From Bacillota bacterium (GTDB taxonomy: Bacteria > Bacteroidota > Ignavibacteria > Ignavibacteriales > SURF-24), in NCBI GenBank assembly GCA_050262615.1, contig JBLNEL010000411.1:1-62452 (forward strand): 62,452 nt of DNA. Reading direction: 5' to 3'. Under the pieces are notes generated by a model. That model was not told where the DNA came from. It did no database searches and saw nothing but the letters and a program-made list of their open reading frames with translations. Positions 19,554-30,100 of this stretch are shown one piece after another (positions within the stretch are counted from its first letter, which is position 1; each line of letters begins with the position of its first letter). The translations under genes were made by a program, and so were the position numbers.

Positions 19554-20585
19554 TTATTTACCTAAAGTTGTGCCTTCTCCGCGGAGGTCCTTAATAGCCT
19601 GCATAACTCTTTCTTTCATTGAAGTTTCAGCTTTTTTAAGGTAAGTGCGCGGGTCATACAATTTCTTATTACCGACTTCGCCTTCTACTTTAAGGACGCC
19701 GTCATAGTTTTTGAAGAAGTGATCAACCATTGGGCGTGTAAAAGCGTACTGTGTATCAGTATCGACGTTCATTTTAATAACGCCATATTCAAGAGTTTCT
19801 CTGATTTCTTCTAAAGAAGAGCCGCTTCCGCCGTGGAAAACGAGGTCGAAAGAAGCATCCTTTCCGAATTTTTCTTTCAAAGCGTCCTGTCCTTCTTTAA
19901 GAATAATCGGGCGGAGTTTTACGTTTCCTGGTTTATAAACGCCATGAACGTTGCCGAAAGTAGCTGCAAACATAAAGCGTCCGTTCTTTACTTCAGAAAG
20001 TCTTTTATATACTTCCACCATATCTTCAGGTGTTGTATAAAGTTTTTCAGCCGGAGCGCCTTCGTTATTAACGCCGTCTTCCTCACCGCCTACAACGCCG
20101 GCTTCAACTTCAAGGATGATACCCAGTTCAGCGCATTCTTTGAGCAGTCCGACTGCTATATCCATATTTTCCTTTAATGGAAGTTCACTGCCGTCGAACA
20201 TATGTGAATTAAACAATGGCTTCATTCCTGCTGCAACTCTTTTGCGTGATTCTTCAATCAGAGGTTTTAAGAATGAGTCGATTTTTTTAGCCGGGCAATG
20301 GTCTGTATGCAGAGCAACGTTTATATCATATCTTTCTGCAACCAAATGAACGTGCTGAGCAATAGAGATTGCGCCTAAGGCTGCATCTTTAACAGCCTGG
20401 CCAGAGGCGAACTCACCGCCGCCAGTAGAAACCTGGATAATACCATCGCTTTTTAATTCAGCCAAAGCTGCCAAAACAGCGTTTGCAGTAGCTTCACTTG
20501 TAACGTTTATTGCCGGGTAAGCAAATTTGTTTTTCTTTGCATTGTCAATCATCTGACAATATTTCTTATAATCTACAACAGGCAT
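19554..20585 (-). CDS. fba: Class II fructose-1,6-bisphosphate aldolase
   Basis: HTDHC, GVVGGEEDGV, ATFGNVHGVYKPGNV, FHGGSGS and KMNVDTDTQYA are collinear with enterobacterial FbaA. I start at ATG 20585 (AGGAGA 10 nt upstream), not at the TTG 20648 used by the track. Confidence 0.93.
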   Translation of the reverse strand: MPVVDYKKYCQMIDNAKKNKFAYPAINVTSEATANAVLAALAELKSDGIIQVSTGGGEFASGQAVKDAALGAISIAQHVHLVAERYDINVALHTDHCPAKKIDSFLKPLIEESRKRVAAGMKPLFNSHMFDGSELPLKENMDIAVGLLKECAELGIILEVEAGVVGGEEDGVNNEGAPAEKLYTTPEDMVEVYKRLSEVKNGRFMFAATFGNVHGVYKPGNVKLRPIILKEGQDALKEKFGKDASFDLVFHGGSGSSLEEIRETLEYGVIKMNVDTDTQYAFTRPMVDHFFKNYDGVLKVEGEVGNKKLYDPRTYLKKAETSMKERVMQAIKDLRGEGTTLGK

Positions 20586-20872
20586 ACTATTTAATTCTCC
20601 TAATGATTTATATATTTTTTGTGCTGTACTACTAATATAATCCGACAAACTTAGCTATTATTTGTTTTTTTTTCAAGATTTGAATTACCGGAGGAGCCAT
20701 AATAGGTGTGTTTTATCGATTTATGGGGATTTTTGGCAAATATTTTCTTATCAATAAATCGTAAAGCTTTATATCCGGCCAAGTAAGTAGTATATTTCTC
20801 CGGTTCATTAAAAATTTTATCGACTAAACTTTTTATCACAGATAAACCTTAAACAAAGAATCATTACGCAAT

Positions 20873-21523
20873 ATGGATCAGATCAAAAATGTTGTATTCG
20901 ACCTTGACGGGACATTGATGAGTTCAAACTCAACTATTTATAAATGTACGCTCAGGACATTTAAGGAATTCAATATAATTGCAGAAATGCCAGAAGAGGA
21001 GTTCAACAATAAAATCGGGCACCATTTCGGAGACATTTTCAGGGAGTTCAATATAGATGTTCCCGATCTGGAAGGTTTTATCGACAAGTATAAATCGCTT
21101 TATTTTGATTTCATTGATGATTCCTATGTTTTCCCGAACGTAACCGATATGCTAAAGGCATTAAAGGAAAGGATGATACCGGTTTCACTATTGACAACAA
21201 AGGCTCAGGATCAGGCTGAGAAGATATTAGGGCATTTCAAGCTTGACCAGTATTTCAACATGATCGTAGGCAGGCGGCCTGGTGTGGCAATAAAGCCGGC
21301 TCCGGATGCACTTCTTAAAATATGTAATGAGATCGGTGTACCGGCCGATTATACTTTGATGGTAGGCGATTCGGAACTGGATATAAAGTGCGGAAAAAAC
21401 GCAGGTGCTTTGACCTGCGCAGTAACATTCGGCTACAGGACTGAAGAGGATTTAAGAAAGCAGAATCCTGACTTTGTCATTTCAGATATGATGGAGCTGG
21501 TAAATATCGTTTCGAATCACTAA
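20873..21523 (+). CDS. HAD-superfamily hydrolase (phosphoglycolate phosphatase-like)
   Basis: Motif I VVFDLDGTL, motif II LLTTK, motif IV GDSELD. Confidence 0.8.
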   Translation: MDQIKNVVFDLDGTLMSSNSTIYKCTLRTFKEFNIIAEMPEEEFNNKIGHHFGDIFREFNIDVPDLEGFIDKYKSLYFDFIDDSYVFPNVTDMLKALKERMIPVSLLTTKAQDQAEKILGHFKLDQYFNMIVGRRPGVAIKPAPDALLKICNEIGVPADYTLMVGDSELDIKCGKNAGALTCAVTFGYRTEEDLRKQNPDFVISDMMELVNIVSNH

Positions 21524-21596
21524 TTTATATTTATACGTCCAGATTGCAAGCAGGAGATATCGGACGTGAATATAAAGTTTAATTCGAGAGGGCTTT

Positions 21597-22361
21597 ATGA
21601 ATACCGAGATATTTGAAAGCATAACTGTAGAGATAAAGAACCATATAGCAACGGTTAATTTTTATCATCCTAAGAGCAATTCACTTCCAAAAGTACTTCT
21701 TAAAAATCTTACAGATGAGTTCAACCAGCTTTCTATAAATCAGGATGTAAATGTTATTGTTCTGCGCAGCTATGGTGATACGACGTTCTGTGCCGGGGCT
21801 TCATTTTCCGAGCTTCAGGCAGTAGCGAGTTATTCTGAAGGGAAGGAATTCTTTATGGGTTTTGCTAACCTGATACTTGCAATGAAGAACTGTCAGAAAA
21901 TCATAATTACGCGTGTACAAGGAAAGGCTGTTGGCGGAGGTGTTGGACTTATTGCCGCAAGTGATTACGTGCTGGCACATAATACTGCTTCAGTAAAGCT
22001 TAGCGAACTGGATCTGGGAATAGGGCCTTTTGTAGTAGGTCCTGCTATAGAGAGGAAGATAGGGAAAAGTGCCTTTAGTGCTTTAGCGATAGACACATAC
22101 TGGCGTGAAGCTTCGTGGGCTAAAGAGCACGGATTATATGTTGAGGTCTATGCTACGATTGAAGAACTTGACAATGCAGTACAGTCGCTTGCTGAAAAAC
22201 TTTCGAAAAACAGTCAGGAAGCCATGGCAGAGCTTAAAACAGTCCTTTGGGAAGGCACTGAAGAGTGGAATAATCTGCTTCCAGGCAGGGCGAAGATAAG
22301 CGGAAGGCTGGTTTTATCCGACTTTTCAAGCAATTTTATTGCTGCCTTTAAGAATGGATGA
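21597..22361 (+). CDS. Enoyl-CoA hydratase/isomerase (crotonase) family protein
   Basis: Oxyanion-hole blocks FCAGASFSEL and GKAVGGGVGLIAASD. Confidence 0.8.
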   Translation: MNTEIFESITVEIKNHIATVNFYHPKSNSLPKVLLKNLTDEFNQLSINQDVNVIVLRSYGDTTFCAGASFSELQAVASYSEGKEFFMGFANLILAMKNCQKIIITRVQGKAVGGGVGLIAASDYVLAHNTASVKLSELDLGIGPFVVGPAIERKIGKSAFSALAIDTYWREASWAKEHGLYVEVYATIEELDNAVQSLAEKLSKNSQEAMAELKTVLWEGTEEWNNLLPGRAKISGRLVLSDFSSNFIAAFKNG

Positions 22362-22410
22362 AGCTCTCAAAATTATTTATACACAGAAGAAGTCTGTGTA
22401 TGGGGAAAGC

Positions 22411-22797
22411 CTATTTTGCCGTAACTTCAATTACTTCAACCTTTGGAGGGATAATCGGGATAGGTTCAAACTTGTAATCGCCTGATCTTGCAAGCGGCAG
22501 AGGTATAAATCTGAATTTATTTTGACTTAGATCTTTTCTTAAGCGGGGTGTTTCTTTAATTATGCCAGAATCATTCAGTGCGGAGCCTGGGTTATCCTCA
22601 GCTATCCGGATATTGTGATTTCCGAGGTCATTGAGAGTCACTATGCCGGTAGTGCGTGTATATGGGTTCTGAAATATAGTTTTCTGCTTATAATCGGATA
22701 ATTTAACAGAGTTCTGTGATACTGCAATCTTATTTATCTGAGCAAATGCTGAAAAAGTAAAAGTGACAAAAAAGACAGCCAGCAGAAAAGCTTTCAT
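22411..22797 (-). CDS. Small secreted hypothetical protein
   Basis: 128 aa with a signal peptide (..FSAFAQ). No motif recognised. Confidence 0.4.
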   Translation of the reverse strand: MKAFLLAVFFVTFTFSAFAQINKIAVSQNSVKLSDYKQKTIFQNPYTRTTGIVTLNDLGNHNIRIAEDNPGSALNDSGIIKETPRLRKDLSQNKFRFIPLPLARSGDYKFEPIPIIPPKVEVIEVTAK

Positions 22798-23101
22798 CAG
22801 ATATTCTCCCGAATTGTAAAATTAAGCTTATTTTTCCATAAAGAATTTATAGAGAATGAGTTTTATTGTCAATCTTAAATTGGAGAATATTTTCAAGGGA
22901 AGGGGAAGGCGGGTTCTAGAATTTAAACAGGCTTATTTTCCATAAATATATATAATGTAAAGCGTAGAGCTAATGCCTTGCAAAGTATTGAAAAAAACTT
23001 AAATATGGATGCGGGCGGAGGTTTAAGATTTTATATTAAATTGCTAAATTGCACTCCTAATATCTTCACTTTAATTGTGTACTTCTCTGTTGCTTAGACT
23101 A

Positions 23102-25252
23102 ATGAAAAAAATAACACTGTTTTATATAGTTATATTAATCTGCATTTGTTTTTTTTGTGTTTTGTACGGAAATATTTCTGCACAGCACAAAAGCAAGCCG
23201 GAACTAAGCCATGTGGAATTCAACGGGAATAAATACTTCTCATCCTCAATGCTTGCAGATGTTATAGTTTCCAAACAAACTCCAAACTGGTTTTCCAAGT
23301 CATTATATACTATTTACACTAAATTCGGCAAGAAGCCCACTTATTTTGATTCACTTCTTATACGGCAGGATATAAATTCATTAAATAATTTTTATAAAGA
23401 TAATGGTTTTTTTGAATCCAGGGTGTACAGCTCTTATAATTGTCAGGAAACTGATCAGGCAGCGAGTTTGTCTTTTAGTATTGATGAAGGTCCACATTTC
23501 ATAGTAAGAGGTCACAGTATATTATGTCCTGACAGCAGTCTTTCGGCCGAATTATATGCGGCACTTAAAGAGTTCAGAATAGACAGTGCTGAGGCATTTT
23601 CAAAAGCACTTCTGCAGGAAAAAAACACTGCGCTTTTAAGCTACTTAAGAGATAATGGCTATATGTTAGCCAGGGTCGATGTTCCGGTTGTAAATATTGA
23701 TACTTTGTGTGATGCAGTTGATATTACAGTGAAGTTCTATGCTGGGATAAGATATATTGTAGATACGCTAAGAGTCGAAAAGACAGGTCAAGGAAAAGAA
23801 TACGTAGATGAGGTTTTGATAAAGAAAGTAACAGGGTTAAACACTGACCGATATTATAGTGCTGTCGAAAAACAGAAAGCGCAGACCAGGCTATACAGGA
23901 CTCATTTGTTTTCATCTGTTCTTATAAGTGCCGCTCTTGATGATACAATAAATAATTATGTACCACTTGTAGTTAATGCTGATGTAAGGCCAATGCAGGA
24001 GCTTTCGCCCGAGGTCATATTTACCAATATTGATAACTCATTTAATCTTGGGCTTGGGGCAAACTTTTCAAATAAAAATTTTTTTGGCGGAGCACGGACC
24101 CTAACATTATCAGGAAATATGGCTGTAGAGGATGTATTTGCAAACGGGAGTTTCAGCAATATTTATAAAATATTTAACTCGTCGAATGATGCAGTGCCGG
24201 GATTTATAGATGTGCGGGCATCCTTAGAGCAGCCATACTTATTTAATGAGCTTACCACAGGGAGACTAGAAGCATACTGGACCAAAACAAATAAAGATGA
24301 TTACCTTTCATATTCAATAGGTTCAAAACTGAGCTTCGATTTTGAACTTCCCAAATATGTTTATTTAAGCAGTCTGAGGCTTTATTATTCAATAGACGGC
24401 TCAAGGTATGATTTCCGGAAAGCCTACACAGAAAAACTATTTGGTATGTTAAGAAAAATTGACAGCACAAAAGATTTCAGGAATGAAATTACATTTGATA
24501 AAAACTGGGAGCTAACATCAATTATCGGCGGTGATATCGGAATAAATAAAACAGATGATTTATTATTCCCGAAGAAAGGATATAATCTTCAGTTTACATT
24601 AGAGGAAGCCAATTTAATTCCTGAGATTTTCGGCAGTCTTGGAATCGGTGTCAAACCAAAGACACAATTTTACAGGATAACCGGGACAATAGCATTTTTC
24701 CCAAACCTATACAGGTCACAGTTATCAGCCTTTGGAATTAAGCTAAAGGCGGGTTTTCTTAAAGCCTATGCAGGTGAAATGAATATGGTGCCAATAAACA
24801 AGAGGTTTACCTCAGGCGGCAGCAACTCTGTGCGCGGATGGAGAGCCAGGGACCTCAAACCCAAAATTGCAGTTGATGCAGAAATGTTAATGAACTCAAT
24901 TAAGTCAAATAATAATGTAGCCGATATTTTATTAAAAGGATCTCCGCTAGGCGGGACTCTTCTTTTTGAAGGATCTATAGAAACCAGGAACAGACTGTTT
25001 AGTAATTTTGGTATGGCCGCGTTTGTTGATTATGGAAATGTTTTTGACGGACACAAGGAGTTCTCATTTAATAAAATTGCAGTTGCTGCCGGATTTGGAT
25101 TCAGGGTATACGACTATTTTGCGCCGATAAGGGTCGATATTGGATTTCAGCTCTGGGATCCATCTGAGCAAAAAACTATTTTTCAGAGAAACCAAAACAC
25201 GGAACTATGGAAGATGATGGCGCTGCATCTAGGTATAGGAGAGGCATTTTAA
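23102..25252 (+). CDS. Omp85/BamA-family outer-membrane protein
   Basis: POTRA-like N-terminal repeats and the barrel motif NKRFTSGGSNSVRGW. Ends ..GIGEAF. I start at ATG 23102 (MKKITLFY, signal-like) rather than TTG 23075. Confidence 0.75.
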   Translation: MKKITLFYIVILICICFFCVLYGNISAQHKSKPELSHVEFNGNKYFSSSMLADVIVSKQTPNWFSKSLYTIYTKFGKKPTYFDSLLIRQDINSLNNFYKDNGFFESRVYSSYNCQETDQAASLSFSIDEGPHFIVRGHSILCPDSSLSAELYAALKEFRIDSAEAFSKALLQEKNTALLSYLRDNGYMLARVDVPVVNIDTLCDAVDITVKFYAGIRYIVDTLRVEKTGQGKEYVDEVLIKKVTGLNTDRYYSAVEKQKAQTRLYRTHLFSSVLISAALDDTINNYVPLVVNADVRPMQELSPEVIFTNIDNSFNLGLGANFSNKNFFGGARTLTLSGNMAVEDVFANGSFSNIYKIFNSSNDAVPGFIDVRASLEQPYLFNELTTGRLEAYWTKTNKDDYLSYSIGSKLSFDFELPKYVYLSSLRLYYSIDGSRYDFRKAYTEKLFGMLRKIDSTKDFRNEITFDKNWELTSIIGGDIGINKTDDLLFPKKGYNLQFTLEEANLIPEIFGSLGIGVKPKTQFYRITGTIAFFPNLYRSQLSAFGIKLKAGFLKAYAGEMNMVPINKRFTSGGSNSVRGWRARDLKPKIAVDAEMLMNSIKSNNNVADILLKGSPLGGTLLFEGSIETRNRLFSNFGMAAFVDYGNVFDGHKEFSFNKIAVAAGFGFRVYDYFAPIRVDIGFQLWDPSEQKTIFQRNQNTELWKMMALHLGIGEAF

Positions 25253-25254
25253 GA

Positions 25255-25288
25255 AAAAAGGACAGAGATACTATCTGCTGTCCTTTTT
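25255..25288. terminator. Bidirectional terminator hairpin between convergent genes
   Basis: aaaaaggacag / ctgtccttttt forms an 11-bp stem with A and T runs on both sides. Confidence 0.6.
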
Positions 25289-25307
25289 GCATGATTAGAT
25301 TAATCAA

Positions 25308-25673
25308 CTAACGTCTCTGACCCCATCTTTCTTCTCTTTCCTGGACAATTTTTTTATACTCTTCTTTCTGTTTATTATCCAGCAAAGCGGTAATTTTCTT
25401 GTCTGTTTCCTGTGCACGGGTCATCATATTTTTTCTCATTTCTTCACGGTTGCCCATTAACTCAGCACGCTCTTTCTGAGCTTGTTCCTGCTGTGCAACT
25501 AAAATCTTCTTTACTTCAGCAGTCTGTTTATCACTGAGAGACAACTTTTCCTTTAAATAATTGACCCTGGTATCAACATCCATTCTCCTTCCCTGAGCAT
25601 AGATCGTTGCTGAGAAGGATAAAATTACTCCCAATACAAATAAAAGGAGCCATTTGCCAGTGTGTGCTCGCAT
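25308..25673 (-). CDS. Spy/CpxP-like periplasmic chaperone family protein
   Basis: 121 aa with a signal peptide. LTxxQ-like LSLSDKQTAEVKKIL. The sequence is highly charged and helical. Confidence 0.55.
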   Translation of the reverse strand: MRAHTGKWLLLFVLGVILSFSATIYAQGRRMDVDTRVNYLKEKLSLSDKQTAEVKKILVAQQEQAQKERAELMGNREEMRKNMMTRAQETDKKITALLDNKQKEEYKKIVQEREERWGQRR

Positions 25674-25792
25674 AACTATTTCCTTATAACATTTAGATAA
25701 TTGTTAAATGAACAATATATAGACATCTTAAAATAAAAAATGGTTTAATTAAAAAGAACTCAAAGAAAAATGCATTATTCAGCGATATTTCA

Positions 25793-26971
25793 CTACAATT
25801 TCATTTTTTGAGCAATTTCCCTGGGGACAGCATTCTTATGAACCATAATGGCAACGGTTTTCAGCTTAACGTATGGTTCTGACAAATATATATACCCGCC
25901 ATTTGTCTGTTCGGTTCCCCAGGAATTTTTAGTGTAATAGAATTTCGTATTGTTCTGGTCGTGAGCAATACCTGTAATATGCATCAGATGGTCGTCAGTT
26001 GTAGTTAAATTATTAAAAGTAAGCTGTCTTAATTCCTGAGTAATTGTTTTTTCAGCTTCAGGTTTTGTTATCTTTTCTTCTTTTTCAGAAGGAGTCTTAT
26101 CGTCCCAGTCCTTGAGGGGGATGACAGCATAACCGTTTTTCTGAGAGAATTCATGTTCACTTACATCGCCGTCCCAGACAACAGAATATCCGTTTTTCAG
26201 GGCATAATCGATAATTGCTTCCAGTTCATTCATTGGCACATTATAATAATCCTGACCAGTCCAGTTATCCGGGATTTCGAGGCGGAATTTTTCATAGAAT
26301 GGATGGTGTGAATAAGATGTAATTTCAATATAATCATCCTGATTTATTCCCAGGGATTGATAAAAACTTTTAGGGGAATATTTTGTGCCCTTATAGGTAA
26401 ATTCGACTGGTGGTTTGCCTAAATAGACATCAAGCACTGACTGATAGGCATCCATCCATTTAGGCGTAAGTTTTCCGGCTTTATTGGCTACAAAAGCATC
26501 TAGCATACCTTTTGTAACGTTTTTCATTTCTGAATGGTTATGCTTTTCCTCGCCGTTATTTCTTCCTGAATATGCTTCTTCAGGGGCAATGCCATATTTA
26601 CTGATAAGGTTAAAAACGTCATGTGCCTGTCCGCCTTCGCCGTAGTTTGCCATTGCCTGGTAACGCACGTAATTTTCAGCTTTGAGCGGGTAGTTGTTTC
26701 TGATAAGGTACATTTCAGAAAGGTCAAATTCACCTTTCCCCATTCTTAAAAGCTCAGTTTCAAGGAAAGAAACTGTTGCAAAGCACCAGCATGTGCCAGT
26801 CCTTGCCTGATTTTTTACAGGAGTGGTCTTTACCTGGGTGTCCATTGTAAAGATATGAACGTTCTTGTTTTCTTCGCCGGCTTTTGGTTTATCCTGCTGA
26901 GCAAATTTTACTGATACAGATAAGAAGGCAATAAGGATACTTAGCGCGAAAATTCTTGTAAAATGTTTCAA
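25793..26971 (-). CDS. C1-family cysteine peptidase (aminopeptidase C / bleomycin hydrolase-like), secreted
   Basis: Catalytic Cys block QARTGTCWCFATVSFLE and His region DDHLMHITG. TTG start preceded by GGGAGGA. Signal-like N-terminus. Confidence 0.78.
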   Translation of the reverse strand: MKHFTRIFALSILIAFLSVSVKFAQQDKPKAGEENKNVHIFTMDTQVKTTPVKNQARTGTCWCFATVSFLETELLRMGKGEFDLSEMYLIRNNYPLKAENYVRYQAMANYGEGGQAHDVFNLISKYGIAPEEAYSGRNNGEEKHNHSEMKNVTKGMLDAFVANKAGKLTPKWMDAYQSVLDVYLGKPPVEFTYKGTKYSPKSFYQSLGINQDDYIEITSYSHHPFYEKFRLEIPDNWTGQDYYNVPMNELEAIIDYALKNGYSVVWDGDVSEHEFSQKNGYAVIPLKDWDDKTPSEKEEKITKPEAEKTITQELRQLTFNNLTTTDDHLMHITGIAHDQNNTKFYYTKNSWGTEQTNGGYIYLSEPYVKLKTVAIMVHKNAVPREIAQKMKL

Positions 26972-27102
26972 AGCGGTCCTCCCTGAAATTAAGAATGTTT
27001 TTTTAAGATGAGGGGAATATTATCACTTTCGTAAACAAGATGCAATTGAAGAAGAACATTTATATGAAGCTATTTTTATAGATTGAGTTTGAAAAGAAAT
27101 AA

Positions 27103-27141
27103 TAAATGCAGCGTTCCTTATATACCGGAGCGCTGCATTTA
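27103..27141 (-). terminator. Terminator after the 1204-aa T9SS cargo gene
   Basis: taaatgcagcg / cgctgcattta stem, followed on the minus strand by ttatttcttttc. Confidence 0.55.
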
Positions 27142-27199
27142 TTAAAGTATCTTAAGATTTTACAAAAAAGTTATAAACTCTTACAGAAGTAACAAGAAA

Positions 27200-30100
27200 T
27201 TATTTAAGCAGCATCAATTTGCGGCTGGAAGTAAAATCTCCGGCTTTAATTCTATAAATATAAATTCCGCTTGGAAGTGCAGATGCATCGAAATCAACCT
27301 TATAAGTACCTGCTGCTTCCTCCCTGTTTACCAGAGTTGTTACTTCCCTGCCCAGCATATCGAAGATCTTTAACTCCACGTTTGATCTTTTTGAGAGCGC
27401 GTAAGTTATGGTTGTTGAAGGGTTAAACGGATTCGGGTAATTCTGCGCTAAACTGTATTGTTCTGGTAAACTTATTGGGTCGTTAACCTCTGTCAAGTTA
27501 CCTTGAATTGAGAAGTTATCTATAGCCCAGCCCCAACCAAAAGAACCTTCATCTGAGAATAATCTTAATCTTAAGAGAATAACATCGCCAGCATTAAACT
27601 TACTTAGCAGGTTTATTTTGTGGTGAATAAATGCAGTTGAATCGGGAGATGAACCGTTATCCCATAGTTTTCTCCAGTAATCATTGTAATTACAGTCATA
27701 GCCATTTTCCAAGGGGACCCAGGTAAATCCATTTGTGCTTGCTTCAACTACAACATAATCCCAGAAAGCCTCATCACCGAACTTAGTGCCAGGATCTCCC
27801 GGCTCTACGATAGCTATATCATCATATTCGACAAAAGCATTTTCTGCAGCTACTTTCAGAGGAAAGTTAAGTGAATACAAATAGTTAACATTTGTTGTAT
27901 ATGGATGCGGTGAATGAATTGCAGAGGAGGAAAACCCTGCAGGTCTTTTCACGCTGAAATTACCGCTGAAATCATTAGATATTTTATTAAAGTCATTATA
28001 ATAAGATAATCTATATGGCTGAACAGTTACCATCTGAAGGTCTTTTGTCATCGTCTGGTATTTTTTTTCATTTTTATATGCAATTATTGAAGCTCTTACA
28101 TAAGCCGGAGCTGAAACAGGGAAGCGCAATACAGGCTGAACAGGAGTTGTATTTGTCTGCCTTAATACACAAGTGCTGTCAATTACATAGAGAACCGAAT
28201 CATAGGCAGAGCGCAGGTCAGCCTGAACAACGAGCTGTCCATCAGGAGCCTGAGCAAGGTTTAACAAAAGCGGAGAGAGTGTAACTACAGGGAGCGAATA
28301 GCCTTTAAGTTCAGTTAAAGTCACACTATAGATTCCCCTTCCATGAGTTGCAAGTATGACCTGGTCGTCTACGATCTTCATATCCCAGATACAAACAGCA
28401 GGCAGGCCGTTTTGTGCATAGTGCCAGCTTAGTCCATTATCTGTAGATTCAAAAAGTCCTATTTCCGTTCCTGCCCATATAATATTTGTATTAAAAGGCA
28501 TTTGAAGGACGCAGTAAGTTGCCACGTTTGGAAAACCGTTAGATGAAACTCCAGCAGATCCGAACCCTGTTATATCCTGCCAGGAGTTTCCAAGGTCAGT
28601 AGTTCTGAGTATCTTTGGGGAGCCGGAGATAGAGAATGTAAGGTACGCTGTTTTAGGGTCAGCCGGGTGCGTATTAATTCCAGTAATGGTACCAAGAGAT
28701 ACGCCGCCATATGGGCTGACCAGATTAAAAGTAAGACCGGCATCAGTTGAAAGGAAAAGTCTGCTAGAAAGATTAGAAAAGCTTGAACCGCTCCAAACTA
28801 TCTGCGGGTCGGCAAGTGAAATTGAAATTGGTGTAGCTCCTGAATTAAAAGCCCAGGTGCCTGATGAGATGGTGCTTAGATTCCAGCTGTCGCCGAAATT
28901 TTCCGATCTCCAGATTCCTTTAGATCCTGTAGTATAGATTATATCAGGGTCGATATTTGATTTTGCTATTTTAGAAATAAATTGTCCTTTTCCAGAGCCG
29001 ACGTCACTTAAGCCTGAAGTGGCCGAAAACCAGCTTTCTCCCCCGTCGGTTGATTTCCTGAAATTATTATACTGAGAGGAGCCGATAATTTTAAGAGGGT
29101 TTTTATAATGCCATGCTGCTTCAAAGCCATCTCCTCCAATGACACTTTTATATTCTGTTTTACCATCGGCATCAGCGCCTAAAGGAGAAAGCCAAGTACC
29201 GTTATCCTGAGTTCCGCCAATATACTCATTAGCGCCGTGTTTTTTATCGACGCCATAGAATTGGGTCGTATTATAACCGCCTGAGAGAGTCGCTCTCCAG
29301 GAAGTGCCGTTATCAGTTGATACGTAAACTCCGCCATCGTTTCCATTTACAATCCAGAATATTCCATTTGCAGGGTCTTTAGGGAAAATAACCAGGCTGT
29401 GCTGATCCGGGTGGATATAAGGTTTTGGGGCAGCTCCATAAGCATCTGTAACGGGGCTAAAGTTAGCTGTAAAGTTTTGGGTAGAGACAATTTCAGCCTG
29501 CCAGATATCGATTCCCGCGATGTAAACAATATTTTCGTTATAAGGGTTAACTGTAATTACATTATCATACCAGCCCTGGCCGCCGAGCCAGTTTGGATTT
29601 GAACCAGAGGCTGCGTTTACTTTATTCCAATTCTGTCCAGCATTAGTAGACATATATAAAGCCGAGCCGCCAGAAATTTCAGCGCCTGCATATAAATACT
29701 GGCTGTTTTTACCTGAAACTGCAATTTCAATTCTGCCGCTAGTGCTTAAGCCGGTTCCGGTGTTGCTCCAGCTTAAGCCAGAATTAGTTGATTTGATTAC
29801 TCCGATGCTATGAACCGAGGCATATTGTATCTGGAAATTAGACGGATCTGCCTGCAAGTCCTGTACGCCTCTGACAGCTGAAGTTGTATAGACTTTTGTC
29901 CAGCTAGTTCCGCCGTCAGTTGATCTTAATATTCCGCCCGGATATTTTGAAGCATCAGGTCCTGAACGTGTGCATGCAAGAAGTATATCAGGGTTCTGAG
30001 GGTCTACGATAATACGGTTAACGCAATAAAAATTAAAATTTACTGTAGATGGAAGCTGACTCCAGGAGTTGCCATGATCAGTCGATTTAAAGATACCGCT

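Noticed and set aside
20586-20648. A 21-codon N-terminal extension of fba from the TTG start used by the ORF track.
   Set aside because: The internal ATG at 20585 is preceded by AGGAGA at proper spacing and gives an N-terminus collinear with class II aldolases.
27421-27445. A dispersed DNA repeat of about 25 nt, GGDTTAAACGGATTMGGRTAATTYTG, also at 32903, 37163 and 43768, with weaker copies at 40150 and 18425.
   Set aside because: It is the coding sequence of the conserved QNYPNPFNP motif of T9SS C-terminal domains. The conservation comes from protein-level selection, not from a mobile or regulatory repeat.
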